From assembly GCF_963921235.1 (NCBI RefSeq), contig NC_086119.1, forward strand, positions 8,122,001 through 8,186,000: a stretch of 64,000 nt of DNA. The letters are read 5' to 3'. The notes below the pieces were generated by a model. It saw only the letters and a list, made by a program, of their open reading frames with translations. It had not been told where the DNA came from and did not search any database. Shown here piece by piece: positions 38,712 to 52,559 of the stretch (positions are counted from its first letter, which is position 1; the number at the start of each line of letters is the position of its first letter). A program made the translations under genes and the position numbers. The DNA comes from Mobula hypostoma. Its lineage: Eukaryota.

Positions 38712-39904
38712 CTGGATTTAAAATAAAAATAAATGTAAGCGGACTATATGTCACATAAAAGTTAGTCAAAGAGAGGAACAAACATCAAATGTTAAGTAAC
38801 AAAAATCAAATGATAGCAGGGAAGTCATGCAAAATCCAGTATAGTCCAAATAATTCCATTAAATTGGGACAAATGAATAGTCTATCTTTCACAGCTTTGT
38901 GATGTCTAAGACACACAATGAAGCAATACAATATAAAAATGCAATATGACTGCAATAAGATGCTTGAAACAGGACAGAATGGTAACCTTTCACTCCTTTG
39001 CTACTCATTTATCTGAGTCTGCTTATTCTGTTGTTTGATGGAAAGAGTCATGATCTCTGAGGGGGGGGGGAAATTGCATGCATCGTAACTGGAATGATTA
39101 TTTTTGAACTGAAACCCTTACTTCTAGATTCTCCCAGGAGGAAGCATCCTCTCCACAGCCACCGAGTGATCATATGATCCAAGTCACATCTTATTTCATT
39201 GTTTATAAGAAACCTAGCCATTCTTGTGGCCTTCTCTGAACTGTTTCCAATGTATTAACATCCATCGGGTGCCACAGTAGCGTAGCGGTCAGCGTGACAC
39301 TGTTATATTGAAGCTGGAGTTCCATTCCAGCATCATTTGTAAGGAGTTTGCACATTCTGCCTGCGTGTGCATGTGTTTCCTCTGGGTGCTTTGCTTTCCT
39401 CCCACAGTCCAAAGAGGTACCACTTAATTGGTCATTGTAAATTATCCTGTGATTAGGCTAGCGTTAAATCAGTGGGATGCTGGGCGATGCAGCTTGTCGA
39501 GTTGCGAGGGCTTGTCCCACACTGTATCCCTAAATAAAATAAATTCTTACTCAAATTAGGAGGCTAATACTGTCTACTGTACTTCTGATGCAATCTAACA
39601 AATACACCGTGTATCTGAAATACAAGCTCCATCGTTTTGTGTTCAGTGACCCTGTTAATAAATGATAACCAACTGTAGGCTTTCCTAATTACATGCAGCA
39701 TACTGGTATACAGCTACCATCTGTTTTCCGTTATTAACACCCCAGATTTATTTTCTTCATAGATGGACAAAGACCAGCAAAAGCTTTTTTACAAAGCTGT
39801 TTGAAATAAAGGGCGTCTGTCATACCCTAGCAACTTTTTCAAACAGTATTTGATACTAGGTGTGTCAGAAGCAATGCGGAACATAGTGTTCATTTATTGT
39901 AAAA

Positions 39905-40670
39905 CGGTGGATTCCAGTAAATTGAGCCATCAGTTAATTGGGACAGCCTCTTATTTGGGTCAATTCTTAAAGAACAAATCAAGAAAATAGCCAGGATTCC
40001 CTTTCTTTATTGGGATGCTGTCACTTAATTGGGGCAGGAGACTTGCCGAACAGATTCTAACTAGCGTCAATTGTGTGTACTGTGTGAACAGTTTTTAACT
40101 AGCATCTGTGTGTGTTTGTGCTTTAAAAAAGTGTTTTTTTTTGGTCACTGACATTTCATGAGAAATAAGCAGCAAGAAAATTCCGAACTGTTTTGCACAC
40201 AGTGGTGGTTTTAAGTATTCAGGTTTGGAGATGCCAGAAACAGCAGGGAGTGAAAATGAAATGATTTCACTACTTCAACAACTTAGGAACTATGAAGAAT
40301 TAAGGCATCTATCGACAATCATTTTGAATGTTACAATGAAAATGAAGATTTGCAAGATGCAATTGTTGATAGCATTGTTTGAAGGCAGTTCAATACTGTA
40401 CTAGGAGTCCGCACTGATTTTGTTCATTGCATACACTGGATGAATTCTTCTGTCGATAATTACTAGGAACTAATACAGTTCTACAGTACTATAATACAAT
40501 TGGTAAAGTTTAATTTGGTATGCATTTCATTTATATACATAATTTGTTACTGTCCTTTTATACTTTTCTCTAATAAACCATTTCCATGAAACTTAAGCTA
40601 ATATGGGCAGCCACTTAATTGGACCAAAATGTACTGGTCCCAGTGTGTCCCAATTAACTGGCTTCCACCA
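39905..40670. mobile_element. Tigger/pogo-like non-autonomous DNA transposon
   Basis: Inverted termini ggtggattccagtaaattg...caattaactggcttccacc with repeated taattggg subterminal motifs. Confidence 0.6.
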
Positions 40671-40727
40671 TACTTTCATGTAATCCAGGCTCAATTTGAA
40701 AAATGGGCATTTTGAAAAGTTACTTAC

Positions 40728-40879
40728 TCGGTTGTTTGGCAAGTGGTTGGCTTTGGCTTACAGATATCTCCCTTGTACTTTCTTAGCATCGTTTGCTTAT
40801 TTTTTCTCTGTGCCCTTCCTATTGCTTGCCATTTTCTCATGATCTTCCGCTTTCTGCGACGCCAATTCAGTTTAAACAT
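40728..40879 (-). CDS. PRR11: PRR11 first major coding exon (MFKLNWRRRKRKIMRKWQ...), basic NLS-like N-terminus; the assembled ORF is 408 aa with both exons 6a and 6b
   Basis: Exon begins at 40881 after a cag acceptor, ATG at 40879, gtaagt donor; human MPKFKQRRRKLK; all downstream exon phases join into one frame (1227 nt). Confidence 0.9.
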
Positions 40880-41877
40880 AACTGTGGAAGAAACTTATAA
40901 TGTCAATAGATCCTGCATTTACACCAAATTCAAAACATTGCCCCAACCTCTCAAGGCTCTACAGCAGTCAATTGAACACAAGTGCTGTCGATCAAGAATT
41001 TGTTTGGAATTTAATTTTATAAAAATCACTTTTCTCATGCGTCATAGTTTCAGTTCTGTCACAGCACCAATCCATCTTGTCTCTTCAAGGTGGTGATCTG
41101 AAGTAGGTTACCAGATGTATGCGGTTGTAACCTGCCACTCTCCTGTAGCGCATCATGCCTGTAATATACTGTACCTTCTTTAAAGCACCGTGGCCAATAG
41201 TCCCAACAATGTCTACAGGCAGATTTACCAATCATCCAAGTGGGATTTTGCTCTGCTTGAGAAACAGATTCCCAAAGCACAGTATTAACTATAACTAGAG
41301 ATTATTTTTATATGATTCCGCACTACATATAAACTGCTCCCAGCTGTCTCACTATCAAAATCTTAGGGAGAGTTAACCAGCACAAAATGTTCAGTGCAGC
41401 TCATCTGCATCTACCAGGTTGCCTACCTGAACCAGTCCCACCTGCTGAATTTAATTTATATTCCTCTAAACCTTTCCAATGGTAATATCAGAGGCTGTAG
41501 ACAAAACTGTTACTCTTCACAGATATCCGTGAAACAAAAAAACCCAAAGATTGACAGAAAAATGTAGAACCCCAAAGCCCCCCTCCCACGCAGAAGCAGC
41601 AACCCTCCCCCTTGCTCCATTAGATAGCATCCGACTCCACATCACCCACCATACAAGCAATAGCAAAGCCCCCAAAGACCATGATCTGGAATCTATCAAA
41701 AACCACTGTTCAATATATTTGTCCAAATGATTTTTAAACTTTGTAATTGCACCCACCTCTTAACACTTCCTCTGGCAGCTTATTCCATATACACAACACT
41801 ATGTGGGTCAAAAACTTGCTGCAAGGGCCCCTTCTAAATTATTCCTCCCTCACTTTAAACCAAGTTCTCTAATGTTA

Positions 41878-42130
41878 TAAACACAAGAAGGTATGCAGAT
41901 GCTGGATATCCAAAGCAACTGGAGGAACTCAGCAGGTCAGGCAGCATCTATAGAAATGAATAAACAGTTGACATTTAGCAACAAGACCCTTCATCAGGAC
42001 TGAAAAGGAAGGAGAAAGATGCCAGAATAAAAAGGCGGTGGAGGGGAAGGAGGATAGCCAGGACAAGCCAGGTAGGTGGGTTGGAAAGATAAGGGCTGGA
42101 GAAGAATGAATCCTCTGGTACAAGACTCCT
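41878..42130 (-). mobile_element. Penelope-derived hammerhead-type repeat (degenerate); other copies near 35586, 51957, 54960 and 58468-58690
   Basis: cagtcctgatgaagggtcttg...aaatgtcaactg and the shared gatgctgcctgacctgctgagttcctccag tail. Confidence 0.7.
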
Positions 42131-42923
42131 CTACCCAGGGGGAGAAAAGACTGCAACCATTCATTTTACCAATGCTTTCATCATTTTACTTACCTCTAAA
42201 GTTACCCCTCAGCCATCTGTTTTGCCCTCCTGTCATTGGAATCCTTTTAACACCCCTTCTCAACTTAATTACATGCTTTTTTTAAAGCTAAGCAACGCTT
42301 AAAGTTGTTGCTAAGACTTTTCACAGTAAACCAGTTGACCTCTAATTAGTCGTATGTAGTTAATTCGTTTGCTTTATGGTCCATAACATTAAGCATGCTG
42401 TAAGAGAATGGCTTATCTACTTGCCGGATATAAAAGCTTTTAAACAAGGTAAACTTAAACAAGTACACTTTGTCAGCTGAAAACTTTTAATATCCTACTC
42501 ACTTCCTGCAAAGTAGGAAATGATCAGGTCCAGGCAGTTAACAACAAAAATAAATTAAAGATGTTGGCAGAATTTGAGGACGCAGAAATCCCAGTGATTT
42601 TGTAAGGATAGAAGACAATGAGGGGCGAGGTCACGCAAAGATACAGACACTTCCCCAAGAAGAACCGTTAATCTGACACTACTACCACTACAGCGAGTAC
42701 CTCTTATGCTGAAAACTACTGCTTGGACTATGAATCTCTAGCATTGACAACACACAGCACTACGAATAATTAACAGTCTCCAAACTTAGAACCTATAGGG
42801 GAAAAAAAGCAGAGTACAGACTTCCACAATACTCACCTCAAACAAATGAATTCACCAACATGACATGGACAGCGGCAGCAGTTTAAAATTAAAACGCTCA
42901 TTCACTACCCAATAGACACTTAC

Positions 42924-43294
42924 CTTTCATAAGCCGCGCTTAGAAACTATTCTCGACCAACCGCCTCGAGTTTCTTATCGTCATTCGACTTAACTCAACA
43001 AATAGGAAAACACAAGGTCCAGAGCCGAACGCCACTTCCAGCCAATCCAACATTTCCTTTCTGATCCAATAGCGTGCAGAGCGTATTATGACTGTCCAAT
43101 GAAGTGACAGTATAAATGATCCCGCCATCCTATCGGCACACTACAAAATCTAAAAGGCAATCCAATCAGAAATGGCGTTTCTGCTATTCCCAATAAGAAG
43201 ACAGAGTTTGTGCAGCAACTGTCCAATCATAAGCCACGTTACATCTGCTTAAAAGGCCTTTATCGGTTCGCCTTCGGAATGTAAACTATTCAAT
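42924..43294. promoter_or_regulatory. PRR11 exon 1 and PRR11/SKA2 bidirectional promoter with six CCAAT (NF-Y) boxes
   Basis: Minus-strand donor gaaag|gtaagt at 42924; CCAAT at 43042, 43066, 43096, 43162, 43190, 43223; head-to-head arrangement known in human. Confidence 0.8.
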
Positions 43295-43327
43295 ATGGAG
43301 ACCGCGGTCAACAAGCTGGCAGCGATG
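43295..43327 (+). CDS. SKA2: SKA2 coding exon 1 (METAVNKLAAM); exon 2 not found in the window
   Basis: 33-nt ATG exon with gtaaga donor, like human MEAEVDKLELM; head-to-head with PRR11; intronic miR-301/454 as in human. Confidence 0.88.
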
Positions 43328-43419
43328 GTAAGAGGGATTTTTAAATTCAAAAAAAAATTATTTAAATTTGGAAACCAGTTTTAATCAAAAGAAAAACATT
43401 GCAATGGGTAGATGAAGGC

Positions 43420-44420
43420 CTCGCGGTCACGGGGAAAAAACTTTAAAAAATTTCCGCGCGCGCGCGATAGGTGTATTTTTTCGGCAAAAAGTTTAATTTG
43501 TTTGAAAGCTCGATCCTGATTTGCATCCGGGTAATTAGGTGCAAAAATGGCGGGATTGAGATCTCTTACTTGTGGTAGCAGCAAATTGGAGTTCTTTTTT
43601 TTTCACCCCCCCATCCCACCCCCGCCCGCCCCGGGGATTGCCTCAGAATTCCGAGTTCGGGGGGTGGGGGGGTTTATAAAATAGGAGCGATCATCTGGGT
43701 AAACCCGTGGGAGGGCCGAAGCATTCCGGTGTTGTCGCGCCTGTTTTCATTCGTCTTGGGTGCCCCTCCCCTTTTTTTTCCCATCTTCAACCCCCCCACC
43801 TTAACTAACCCTCCCCCTCCCCCTCGCTCGCTCGCGCCCGCACGCGCGCCGGGGAGAGCGGCAGCCGCCGATTGGGTGACGGTTTGGACGGTTTTTGACA
43901 GTTTGGGCGACGTCGTGCCGTGCGCGCCGCCGTCCCCGCGCGCGCACCCCCCCCCCACCTCCCCGGCCGCTCGGCGCTTAACCGCCACCCGGCGCTTGTT
44001 CCTCGCTTGACAGCCAGCTGCTAGGTTGCGCGCGCAAACGGGGTCCGGGCTGCCTAGATCGGTCGACCTTTTATTTTTTTTTCTTCTTCTCGTGTGTGTG
44101 TGTTTTCTTTCTTTAAAATAACTCCGTGTTGGTATTTTTGTTCCGTGCACGCTTAGCAAACCAAAGGGCGACAGGGAGCTACGGTATCGCTCGTCAGATT
44201 GTTCACGGCGGCAATCCCCGGCACCCCTCCCAGTAGTACGAGAAGCTGTGTGTGTGTGTGCGCGCCCCCGTGGGGATGGGACATTGTAGTGGGTGCATGG
44301 TGTACCGGCTTGTTTGCAGCATGTTTCATTGCACCGGTTCTCGTGAATTGCACTAGTGTCTCACCATTTAAAATCGCTCATTTCGCGAGGTGCCAGGCTA
44401 TTGGAAACGTAAGGTATTCA
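43420..44420. promoter_or_regulatory. CpG island in SKA2 intron 1
   Basis: High GC and CpG density, gcgcgcgcgc runs, YY1-like aaaatggcgg, E2F-like tttccgcgc, GC boxes. Confidence 0.75.
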
Positions 44421-47400
44421 TAAACAGAAGAGATTCTGCAGATGCTGGACATCTAGAGCTTCATTCTTGTCTGGTGCAGTCCAGCTCTGAAAAAAAATAT
44501 TAAACATTCTTTTGACTTGTTGTGCTCTTCAATTTAAGGAAACAAGATACCTTCAAGTCTTTGGACGGACTGTTTCCTCCGTGTAAGGGAGCTGCTTGAG
44601 TTTTCATGATCTGTTTTAGACATGTCACTAAAATTTGAAATTCTTTATCCAGGTAAAAATGTATGGCCACCTTGCATGTCAAAAACACTTGCTTTTGAGT
44701 TGGTCTCATCTTTGCATACAAAAGCATTTCATGTGGGTTGATCAATAGCTGAGTGGGTAGAGTTAAACCTGGAATGTTAGTGATTAATTTGAGGCTTTGC
44801 CTCTCAATAAATGCAGTTTTCAAGAAACTCATCTAATGCTCATTGAGATGTACTTGTGAAGGAGGAAGTATCAATTGCCTGAAAAATTGTCCCTCTATTT
44901 AAAGTTCTGTAACTTTTATATAGATTTTTATGTTTTTATTCTGATCCAGAATTTAATATGCTAAACACAATGGAAAATTCATTTAGGCTTTTAAAAAGCT
45001 TGTTGTCAATAAGTGCATAGAACCACCTTGGCTGACTGTTCAATTTAGGGAGCTTAGAGTGTGGGAGGAGCATTGCATGTGGGTGTGGAGGCATTTTTTA
45101 AATCCTCCTCTTTATGACTCGGATTCTTAACTCTCCCTTGTTCTTGTTGGATGAATTGATAAATTCTTGAAGTAATACAAAACAAATCACCTGTCAATAA
45201 AGCTGTTTTTTGCTAATTTATTTATAAACAAGCACATTTTTTTTGAAAGTATATATTTTAATGTTGAAATTGAGTTCCTGTATGTTTTTTTTTGGAGTAT
45301 AGATTTCAGGAATCTTTTTTAACCAGTTGCTAGCGTTGATGTTGAAGTGATCTTGTCCTAACATTGGAAAAAAATCTGCATTATTTAATGAATTAAATAA
45401 ATGGAAATAGTTGGGAGAACTGGCAGTAATAATGGTTCCCTGTTGCCATGGCAACTGCATGAAAACCCATTTTTGCTTTTTTAAATGTATTTGAGAACAT
45501 TGTATTTGAAAATGTCAGCACTTATATGCAGGTTTGCCAATTTTATTTACTGCCACTTTTTTTTTGTTTGATAGTGATATGCAGTGATGTTTTTAAGGTA
45601 AATTTCACTGGTTAATTGATGTGTAGGGAGAGGCCTGGGATGTATTCATCCTCAGCATGAATGAGCATTTGATAGTCTGCGTCGCAGCTGCAGTTACTTG
45701 AGGTGAGATTTATACTTAATGAAGAAAAGGACAAATCAGACTGGGAAAATGTTGCAGTAGTCTAAGAATTATTTTGAAGTTGGTCTTTTTTATCATTTAG
45801 AAATCTGGTTTGCGTTATTTCCTTAGCTTTTTGACATTCTCTGCCAGTTTGTATCATATGAAAAGTAAACAATAACGCATTGTATTTGGAGAAAAATAGA
45901 AATGGTTCTCCTGTACTGAAATTTGCTTTCCATGTTTGACAGTTGGGTTGATAAAGACGTGAACCTAGGAATGAAGAATAAAACTCTTGCCAATATAGTT
46001 CAGTCACTTTTATTCATTCTTTAAAATTCCGAAGACAAAAGCTAATTGCTATTATTTGGCATGTTGTTGAATTTTCCCCCTAAATGAAACTGAGGTATGC
46101 AAGTTCTGTTCGTTACATATTTAGTAATTAAATTATTTGGCCATTGTGCATATGGAAGCCACCTTGTCCTTTGTACTCTGCACTTTAACTTGCATCTACT
46201 TGCTGCTACAATGTACTACAATGCTACAAAGTACTACAATGCCCCTGCCTAAGTTTGTTATAGGCCTAATTTAGCATTGAGCTGTGTTAAAAAGCTGGAA
46301 GGCTTTAAGACCTCCTCTTGGGTGGGGGTGGGTTGGAATAACTGGAATCTTAAAGTTTATGTGTAAATCATTGGGGTCAGAGATGGAAATATTTATTATC
46401 TTGATGTTCAAAAGGCAAGAACTGGAGGATATTTTCTGGGAGAGTTATATGGCTTGAGGAGGTTGGAAATTAAGTATGAAGTTGTATGCATATGAGAATT
46501 TTAAAGTGAGGCACTGGTGATATTATAGCCCAGTAGATATAGGGCTGATGGATGAAATTTGAGTATGTGGCCAGGTTATGTCAGGAGACAGGAGAAAAGC
46601 TGCGAGTGTATTGAAATGTTCCATTGGCAAAAGCTTCAGTAGCATACACATGGTGGGAGGGAAAGAATCATATTATATTCTGGTGGTGAGAATATGATGT
46701 ATTTGTTTAAAGTTGGTATTCAAGAACAGAGCTGTCTTTCAGAATAACCGAGTAAAAAATAAATGGAATAAATCCATAAATTGTAAGATCAAATTCCAGA
46801 AAGATGTCTTTCTGGATGAAATTCCTCTGTTCTCCAAATCACTATTCATACTTTTCCCACCATACTGTCTTTGGGAGTGAGTGTTTCATTCCAGAATCTT
46901 CATTTGATCAGTTTTGATCCATAATCAGAATTTCCAAGTGCTTGTGCTGACTTTACATCCAGGATTTGTATTCAAAATTTTCTGACGTGGTGGTTCAATA
47001 TCTGTGCTTATGCTCACACATTGAGTGGATGAACTATTCAAAGTAAATTTATTATCAAAGTACATATAGCCATCAAATGCCACCGTGAGATTCATTTTCT
47101 TGTCGGCATTAACAGTAAGTAGAAAGAAACACAATAGAGTCATTGCTGCACACGACAGAGACAATATGCAAAAGATGTTGATTCAGGAATCAGCTGAGCC
47201 ATGTACTGGATCATCATAGACTAATACAGCAAGGAGACAGACCCTTTGGCTCATCCTCACATGTAATCAATTTCCTTCATTCCAAACTATATACTTATCC
47301 AAATGTTGTTGTACCTGCCTCAGCCATTTTCTCTGGCAAGTCATTCATGTAGAAAAAGTTGCCCCACGAATCTCTTCTTAAATCTTTCCGCTCTTGTTTT

Positions 47401-48661
47401 TAGACCTACGTCCTCTAGTTTTTAGTTTGCCTTTCTTGGGGAGAAAGACTATGTTCATCCTAACTGCCCCTCATGATTTTATATACCTTGATAACGTCAC
47501 TCTTTATCTTTTGTTCTCCAAAGAATAAAGTCCTAGCTTGTTCAACCTTTCCCTGTAACTTGGGACCTTGAGTCCTGACATCCTCACAAATCTACTCTGC
47601 ACTCTTTCCAGTTCAATGTATTTCCTATAGCAGGGTGATGAAAACTACATTCTTCCTTGACCTTTTTTATCTGCTCTGTGATGATCAAGTTTCCCTCAGC
47701 TGGGGCAGTGGAATAAGAACTCCAGGGTGGAGAGAAGGAAAATAGTTCCTTGTGGAATTGTAGGTTGATTGGAACGCATTGATAATTCTGTATAAAGGAT
47801 CAGAGAAGCATAAATTGTTGGGTTGCTAATGTTTTCAAAGAAAATCACCATCTGGGATCCTTTATGAAAAGGGTCAAATACAATATGCATTGGTTGGAGG
47901 GTTGAGGATCTGATGGTAGATTTTAACGCGATTGACAAAAAACAATGGAGGGTAGCTATGATTTGAAATTCTGTGCCTGAAAGTGTGGTGAAAACACTAG
48001 GTGGAGGAAAATTGAGGTAATGGGTTTACTGGATTGCTTGCTTCCCTTGTTTAAAATAATCTGGTATGAGCAATCTGGGTTAAAAGATCCCTTTCTTGGA
48101 TAAATTGTTCTTTTGTCTCTTTTAATGCATTCATCTAGCGACCAGCTCTTTGCTGGTGAGATAGGTTTAGCTGAGAGATCTAGTGGCATGCAACACCTTT
48201 GAAACCATGAATCTGTAAGAAGTTGATTCCCAATAAACTTCATTTAAATAAATGGGGGAAGGGAAGTGATCTTTTCTGTATATTTTTTGAAAATGACATA
48301 CTTGGTCTGCAAAGAGCTTAGTGGCTTCAGGTGTGAATTTATCTTCTGGTCAGTCTATTCAGGGTGTTAGAAAATCTTATCAATTTTCTCTGAATGTTTT
48401 AAGTTTTCTCTTTGTGTATATATGCTGTTGCTTTATATAAACTGTTGTTTTTGTTGTAGTGAATGTACCAATATGGTGAGTTTGAAGAGGCAATTACATT
48501 TGTTTGATTCTTTGTTGTCCTACTGGTGCCAGATACTAGCTTAAAAGGTTTAATCTTTAACAAAACCCACAGATGATCGCACCAAATTAAACTTCATTGA
48601 TTTTCCAGCTTTGATGTCTGAGAATTTCCATCAATCATCGAACTCTGTGGCCTTTGTCCGT

Positions 48662-48742
48662 TTGTCCAGTGCCCTTTTCATGTTGTACTACTAGTGATAA
48701 CAGAAAGAAAGCAGTGCAATATTAAAAGGGCATTGGCCGGCG
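48662..48742 (+). ncRNA. MIR130C: pre-miR-130c (mature 3p 48712-48733 cagtgcaatattaaaagggcat)
   Basis: Mature miR-130c-type sequence; complementary 5p arm gcccttttcatgttgtactact from 48671. Confidence 0.93.
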
Positions 48743-50160
48743 AGCAGATCAGTGTGGCGATTAAGATTTATAGATCTTTGCATTTTATTTTTTTTAATCA
48801 ATCTTTACTCCATTTCTACTACAAGAACTTTGGAAGTGGGATTTTGTAAGTGAAAATCTATATTTGGTAAGTTGGAGGTGATGTTTGGAGGGAGGTAGGG
48901 GAAATCAGGGATTTAGTGTAAAAATGGAAAATTATTAAGTTCCATTTTTGATATTTCAGCATCCACCATATATTTTAAGAAAATATATTGAATGAAGCTC
49001 TGGATTCATCATTCTTATTCCCTGCAAGGTTTCTAATTTCTATCTGGATATTCAAATGAAATCTTTGATATTTTGTGCAAATTTTGGGATATAAAGATCT
49101 GAGGAAGTATTTCATGTATACAGTATTCATAATTGTACATAAGTGTTGTCATTTGGAATTAAAAGCCATTCTCATAAGCATATAGCTCAGGATTTGCACT
49201 TTTTCATTGTCATTACACAAGTGCACCACAGGCATTTACTAAATGAATTTGATTTATATTTGTGTGATGTTGACGTATATAATGTACAATGGGACAGTCT
49301 GATTAACTTTGGTTCAATTGTAGTCATTTAATTAAGGAACATAGGTGATTGAATTTCAGCATTGGATCATGAAAAGTTCACAAGAAAACGTGGTGTGGTA
49401 GGAATACACCACCCCATTTTACATCATCTGCTGCAGCAATAAATGCTCAGTGGACCCATCGTTCTGCATTCGCATGATGCATTATTCATGTATGCCGTCC
49501 TCCCATTAGAGTTTCATGGTGGATTCCATTGTCATTTGTTCAAACAAAATGGCCATGTTTCAAAAAAAAGTAAATTCAGTTTTTATTAACTGTAGTTCAG
49601 TAGGTTATAAAGCCAACCAGATGCTTGAATAAATAAAACTCTTACACTATACACTTTACTTCAAACAGTAAGAGGAATTGGGACACTGTTTTAATGCCAT
49701 GGAGCTGTAATAATGGTGCTTAGACTTCAGTGAGTAGGAAATTTCTTCCAAACCTTTCAACCCTTTGTTAATTGCAATTGCCATTAACAAACCTCGATAA
49801 ATAGGCTGTAGTCTTTATCTTTGTTTTCCATCACCTGAGGGACAAATGTGTTGTATGGAAGACTGGTATGGAATGTGGAAGCAGATATGAGATTTATTTA
49901 AATAGTTGGAAAGGGGGAATTCTGAGTGTAATTGTGTTTTGCACAGTTAATTATTTAAACTAGCTGGTTTATTTTTAAACTTCAAAATTGTCAGATTACT
50001 CTTAAACTCTGATCTGAGTGTGTTTCTTTAAATAAAGTTTGTATTCTATATGCTTTAACCAGTTGTTGAAGGTTGTCCCTATGTTTAACCAGTTTCATAT
50101 TTTAAGTGTATTTATTGAGTTTGGAGTTGATGAGCAGTTCTACAGAACATTTCTGGATTT

Positions 50161-50245
50161 GCTGCTGACAGATGCTCTGACTTTATTGCACTACTGTGTT
50201 TCACAGCTAGCAGTGCAATAGTATTGTCAAAGCATCTGAAGGTAG
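50161..50245 (+). ncRNA. MIR301A: pre-miR-301a (mature 3p 50211-50233 cagtgcaatagtattgtcaaagc)
   Basis: Matches miR-301a-3p and the 5p arm gctctgactttattgcactact. Confidence 0.96.
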
Positions 50246-52559
50246 ATCACCAGCACAGAATGGAAAATCATCAAATGGTCAACAAGTAACAATACCAATC
50301 TTTTAGTAGTCTTTTACAAATATTGATCTTAACTGTTGTATTTCAGTATTAACTTTAGTAGATGGGTGATGAATGTTTGAGATACAGTGTGTAACAGGCC
50401 CTTCTGGCCCTTCGAGCTGCACTCCACCAGAAAGCCCAGTTTAACCTTGGCCTAATCATGTAAGTCTTTAGTCTGTGGGAGGTGGGTGAGAACTGGAGCA
50501 CCCAGGGGAAGCCCATGCGGTCACAGGGAGATCATGCAAACTGCTTAAAGACATCGGTGGGAATTGAACTAGATTTGCTGGTACTGTAAAGCATTGTGCT
50601 AATCACTGTGCTACTGTGCCATATTGTTACAGCTTTTTAATCATCTGTAATTCTGGGTAGACTTGTTTAATATCCAGTTATAGATTGTGCTCTTGCAATG
50701 TTTGAGTATATGTAAGTCTGTATAGCTATGTATGTAGAAGGAGGAGTGGGATAATTGGGGAATGTTTAGCTCTGCATGATGGACAAGTTTAAAAATGCAT
50801 CTGAATTTCTGCTAAAGCCTGTTGACTTTATTATGCGTTTATTCCTTTAGTGTTTTGATATGAATGCTGCAAGTTTGTGGCATTTACTGTTTTCTTATTT
50901 CATACCTATGCTTTGAATAATCATAGAATAAGTATGTTAATGTTTTAATGTTCTTATGCATTTTGACAATTTTAAGTTTCTTGTGCTTTTCAGTTCTGAG
51001 CAAGATTAGGTAAGTATATTTCCACAAAAATACAAATGTTTATACATATGAGGTCTTTGATTGCAACAGCAAGTTAAGCTGTTGTCTTTGCATCCTTTGG
51101 GGGAAAAATATCACAATCTGCCAATGCATTTAAGCTTAAGTTTTGAACATCCAAATGGTTGTTTGATTCTAATAATGTATCTATCTCTTGTCTGGTCCTT
51201 ACCTGAATGTCTTTTAAAGTTTTTTTTTCTGAAGTGTTGCTTTCTTCCTATCCCTTGGCAACAGTGGCAAATAAGAGGTTGGAGAATTTGCAGAACTAAA
51301 ATGCATCCAGTTGCAGTACTTTTAGGCAATTTCAGAAAATATTCTGAGCTTAAACGTCATTGCTTTTTTTTACAATGTTACTACAATGTTGCTGGATAGA
51401 AATGCAATTTTGATAGCTTTGATGCATTTGATAATTTCTACCAAACAATAGTCAGGTTTATAAATGAAAATTTTAATATACTAATAAGCAAGTTTTTGAA
51501 CCTTGACTGTTATTTGCAGTTATTGATCTACTGCTGTGTCTGCTCACAAGAGTGGAAACAGTGCAATGAATTTTACCTTTGATATGAGTTCAGTAAATTT
51601 GCTCAGCTCTTTAAAATGATGGCAAAAGTCCATGGGTGTGTGTTGGCCCCTGCTGTGCTGATGGGGATGTTCAGCTGTAATTCCTTTCATCAGTGTAGTG
51701 TGTAGCCTAGTACCTCCTGCAGGTCTAGTTGTGAGCATTTCATGTACGTGATTTCAGGTTTTTTAAAGTGGATCTAAGAGTTCATCAATTAGTAGTCCTT
51801 TTTAATTATTACCATTTGTGTCACAGATGACTATGCTTTTTCCAGTAATTAAAGATTAGCATGAAGTTCCAGACTTGCATGGCATACTTAAACAGCAATC
51901 AATACAGGAGTTGAATTGGTGCAAACAAAGTTTAAATAAAATCTTTAAACCCAATACTGGTGAAGGGTCTTGGCCCGAAACATCAACTGTACTCTTCAAT
52001 AGATGGTGCCTGATTTGCTGAGTTCCTCCAGCATTTTATGTATGTTCCTTAGTTTGATCACTTACTTTAATATGGTATTTGGGTTGGTAGGAAGAGCATA
52101 AGTGCTGCATAAGTAGCCTGAGAAAAGTTATGTCTGTCCAGTTTAAATCATTCCTAAATGGAGGTAAAATTTTTGTGGAAAGCTATCATTTTAATATATG
52201 GCTCATGGAGCTTGCTGTCTTTTTTCTGATGGCATCCCTGTAATTGAGTCATTGAATCTTGGTGAATGAGCTGCAAGGTAATTGCTGCAATTACTTTTTG
52301 ATTCTCTTTATATATAAAAATAACTGTTTGTTCCGGAAGGTTTCCAAGGCCAGCAGTCTTGTAGATTTCCCTTCAGCCGAAGGCAGTTAAAATTAAAAGC
52401 CTGATGCTGAAACCTGTGAAAAATGAACTTCCATGATGAGCACTAAATAGCTGTTCATTTTGGTGGAAAATTCAGCTGGCCAATGGTCTTCAGTGCACAA
52501 ACAAGAGACTGTACTTGTTCTGATGTTTGGCAATATCAACATTGTCCATGTTGATTTAA

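Noticed and set aside
43674-44423. GC-rich ORFs (161, 93, 74 aa) in the CpG island
   Set aside because: Low-complexity translations expected in GC-rich DNA; no recognisable protein
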